Under the pieces are notes generated by a model, which did not search any database, had not been told where the DNA came from, and worked only from the letters and a program-made list of their open reading frames with translations. DNA of 64,000 bases from an uncultured virus (IMG/VR IMGVR_UViG_3300046315_000155) (lineage: Duplodnaviria > Heunggongvirae > Uroviricota > Caudoviricetes), in the IMG/VR virus record IMGVR_UViG_3300046315_000155; one strand, 5' to 3'. Every line of letters begins with the position of its first letter. The first letter of the stretch is position 1. Shown piece by piece: positions 61,313 to 64,000 of the stretch. The position numbers and the translations under genes were made by a program.

Positions 61313-61675
61313 ATGTCTTCTGATACTAAAATTTTTGATTCTCTTGTTGATGCCAAATTGTACCACTTAACAGAACAAATGACTAGTGATGTATTACTAG
61401 TTCCTGTATATCAAGTATTGACAGATTCTGTTCCTGGTTGTAATAATAAACTTGTACCTAACGGCAAAATTCAATACTTTCACAAACGCTCTTTTGTAAA
61501 AAATACTCGGACTATTACAATCTGTCGTAATGCTTATCCCCACAAATTAACTCTTATTCGTTTTGGTGCCGAAATAACCATCAAAATTGAACACTGTAAC
61601 AACACTTATATTGAGACATATACACTATCTTCTGAAGATTTGTCTAATTTAAACTCATTATTGCGAGGATTATAA
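61313..61675 (+). CDS. hypothetical protein
   Basis: 120-aa ORF. Confidence 0.55.
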   Translation: MSSDTKIFDSLVDAKLYHLTEQMTSDVLLVPVYQVLTDSVPGCNNKLVPNGKIQYFHKRSFVKNTRTITICRNAYPHKLTLIRFGAEITIKIEHCNNTYIETYTLSSEDLSNLNSLLRGL

Positions 61676-61679
61676 AAAT

Positions 61680-62060
61680 ATGACTTACACCGAATTTTAT
61701 AACAAATTTGAACACCTCCTCACTAATTCTGTCGGCACTTTGTGGGATCCTCACGAATTCGATGCTAGTGAGAAAATTAACTTCGATTTTATCCACCATA
61801 ACCATCCTATTTATACTATTAAAGGAGTTGATACTATACTTACACAACCCCCCGAACCTATATTTGATGAACTAGAAGAAATATTTAATGCTGTCCATTC
61901 TGGTAGAAGAATGAACAATGATATAAAACTTAAAGAAATTGAAGTTTATATGTCTATTCGACATCAAAAAACTCTTGGTTGGGTTAATCGTGTACCTACT
62001 ACCATTTTGCACCACTTCATTCATATCAGACAGTTCTACAATTTACTATTTTTATACTGA
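61680..62060 (+). CDS. hypothetical protein, tandem paralog 1 of 2
   Basis: FYNKF.HLLT.S.GT.WDPHEF.A.EKI.FD..HH shared with the next ORF. Confidence 0.68.
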   Translation: MTYTEFYNKFEHLLTNSVGTLWDPHEFDASEKINFDFIHHNHPIYTIKGVDTILTQPPEPIFDELEEIFNAVHSGRRMNNDIKLKEIEVYMSIRHQKTLGWVNRVPTTILHHFIHIRQFYNLLFLY

Positions 62061-62446
62061 TGGCATACCAAGATTTTTATAACAAATTTCAGCATTTGTT
62101 AACCAGTTCTATTGGAACAATATGGGATCCTCATGAGTTTTGTGCTGATGAGAAAATAGACTTCGATTATGTTCATCACTCACATCTCATCTCATTCACT
62201 GAAAATGAAGATGGTATCTATGAACAGTCACCAAACCCCCCATTTGATGTTCTTGAAACTATTCTAAGTTGTATACACCCAAATAGATTGAAATGCGATA
62301 TAATTTACAAAGAGTTGGTGATATTTATGGCAATCCAAACCCAGAAGACGGTAGAAGTGATTAATAGTACCCCTGTGACATATTATCACAGATTTATTCC
62401 ACTCATTCAAATTTATAATATTCTTTTTAATAATGACACATATTAG
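62060..62446 (+). CDS. hypothetical protein, tandem paralog 2 of 2
   Basis: paralog of 61680..62060. Confidence 0.68.
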   Translation: MAYQDFYNKFQHLLTSSIGTIWDPHEFCADEKIDFDYVHHSHLISFTENEDGIYEQSPNPPFDVLETILSCIHPNRLKCDIIYKELVIFMAIQTQKTVEVINSTPVTYYHRFIPLIQIYNILFNNDTY

Positions 62447-62459
62447 GGGAACCTATATT

Positions 62460-62583
62460 ATGCTCTCAGACCCCTCTAGGATGCCCTACAACGAATGATA
62501 ATCTAAATAATGACTACTAGTACCAAATTATAAAAATAATGACCTTCTAATTGATTTTAGAAGGTCATTATTAAATTTAATAA
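62460..62583 (+). repeat. stand-alone copy of the HNH-cassette 3' tail, terminator and palindrome
   Basis: atgctctcaga...ctaggatgccctacaacg...atgactactagtaccaaa...gaccttctaattgattttagaaggtcattattaaatttaataa; similar stand-alone copies at 15821-15936, 51432-51554 and 56918-57042. Confidence 0.8.
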
Positions 62584-62588
62584 TTTTT

Positions 62589-63392
62589 CTATTTTTTAGT
62601 TTTTAACTTCGTAATTAGCGCATCAATTGCTGGAGTTTTAGATTTTTGTTTAGAATTTACATAATCTTTGTGATGACTATGTAGTTCTGCTAAATGTTTT
62701 TCATTGTCTGGATGATCGGATTCTGTATCTGTCATATGTTCGGATTCGCTCCCATCTGCATTTATTGCAGTTCCGTGCATTACTCTATTTCTTCGAGTGA
62801 TATGTAATTTCCCCCCTTCTCCATAATCTCTACTCATAGTACGAATTTTTCCATCAGTCGAACCAGCACTAGGTTTATCTCCATGCGCGTTTATTTCATC
62901 ATGTTCTAACGGATGTAAATATTTTTTTCCTCGTTTGTGTTCTTCTGGATGATCGTCTGCGTGTTTTTTTACGATTCCATATTGTTCCCCCGCTTTATTT
63001 AGTCCCCCAAATCCTGCCATTTTTCCATATATTCTTGCTCGTTTGTTTCCTTCGCCATCCGCATCTGGCATAGTATCAGATCTGACTACATCTCCAATAT
63101 CTGTGTTATTCTGTATATAATGATTATGTAAATGTGCTGCATCATGTAATGTGTTCTTTTTGTCTGTTATCGAACTGCTGTTACCCTTTTTTTTATTCAT
63201 CCACGCTACACTATGTGTAACCCCTGAATAATCTTGGTGATATCTACTTGGTGTAAATTCCGCATCTCCCTGATAATGCGTAAGTTTTGTTTGATGATAT
63301 CCTTCATCGGAAATTATATCCGATGATGGCATTTTGCTCAATGCTTCTTGCAATTCATAAAATTCTGTAATTTGTTGATATAATTTTCTCAT
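62589..63392 (-). CDS. putative internal head protein, paralog of 6398..7189
   Basis: MRKLYQQITEFYELQEALSK.PSS N-terminus and shared His-rich core. Confidence 0.55.
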   Translation of the reverse strand: MRKLYQQITEFYELQEALSKMPSSDIISDEGYHQTKLTHYQGDAEFTPSRYHQDYSGVTHSVAWMNKKKGNSSSITDKKNTLHDAAHLHNHYIQNNTDIGDVVRSDTMPDADGEGNKRARIYGKMAGFGGLNKAGEQYGIVKKHADDHPEEHKRGKKYLHPLEHDEINAHGDKPSAGSTDGKIRTMSRDYGEGGKLHITRRNRVMHGTAINADGSESEHMTDTESDHPDNEKHLAELHSHHKDYVNSKQKSKTPAIDALITKLKTKK

Positions 63393-64000
63393 AATATAAA
63401 TTTATTTGTTTATTTATTTATTATTAAAAAAAATTTTAAAAGATTTGTAAATATAGCTGGCAAATCTAAAGACCTTTTCAAAAAAAAAAATTCTAAAAAA
63501 ATTTTAAAAAGATTGGTAAATATATCCGTCAAATGCACTGTCTTAGAAGTCAAATTCTTATAGGAAACCCCCTACCCCCTATTTTAAATCATGCGAAGTC
63601 GATGAGTAAAAAAGTCAGGCATATCCAGCATACTTCACTACACTACAACCACACACTGTCTTTTTGTCCTTCCTGATGTAGTATATTACATGACAACACA
63701 GGCAACAACTACACTTCACTACCACTACACTACAAACACTGTCGATCGGGCATTCTAGCGCAGTTTGAGAGGATGTTAGTAACTAAGCTGAGGTAGGTAG
63801 CGATCGATCTCCAATGGGTTTGTAGTCCTTTTAATGACTTTTTGTCTACAAAAGACTGACTAGATAATGTATATACCACAGCTACATATATTACAGACTA
63901 TAGTGTTTGGGAGTTACAATCTCCGATCTGGATTTTATTACATTAGGTAGCAAGATAGACATACATAATCGGTAGTGCATAATAATACTCTTTGACGTAT

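Noticed and set aside
63631..63743. Possible CRISPR mini-array
   Set aside because: Only two imperfect, non-palindromic copies, no regular spacing and no cas genes.
1..64000. tRNA/rRNA genes, diversity-generating retroelement, or alternative genetic code
   Set aside because: No cloverleaf or rRNA signature and no reverse transcriptase were seen by eye; long genes read through under the standard code.

Overview
Part of the genome of an AT-rich T4-like myophage, probably a cyanophage. The host inference rests on cyanomyophage-type head, tail and baseplate proteins, cyanobacterial-type Calx-beta repeats, and IS607 and IS200/IS605 RNA ends. The window holds gp23-22-21-20-19-18 on the minus strand, gp43 DNA polymerase, and gp13, gp14, gp15, gp16, gp6, gp7-like, gp8, gp25 and a 2011-aa virion protein. 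The normally contiguous T4 gp13-gp23 and baseplate clusters are scrambled and partly inverted. The main finding is that the large terminase gp17 is encoded in three separate genes, out of order, on both strands and up to 30 kb apart. It appears to be reassembled by two atypically split inteins plus one contiguous Gln-ending intein. The first piece also contains a 59-nt hairpin coding gap flanked by matching CCT codons at the Walker A motif, a candidate for ribosomal bypassing or micro-intron removal. Other findings: at least 9 copies of an HNH-AP2-like cassette with its own promoter and a conserved 3' non-coding tail, at least 24 copies of the palindrome TATTAAATTTAATA, an IS607 element, and two protein-less IS200/IS605-type guide-RNA scaffolds. 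All family assignments are from motif recognition by eye; no database search was run.
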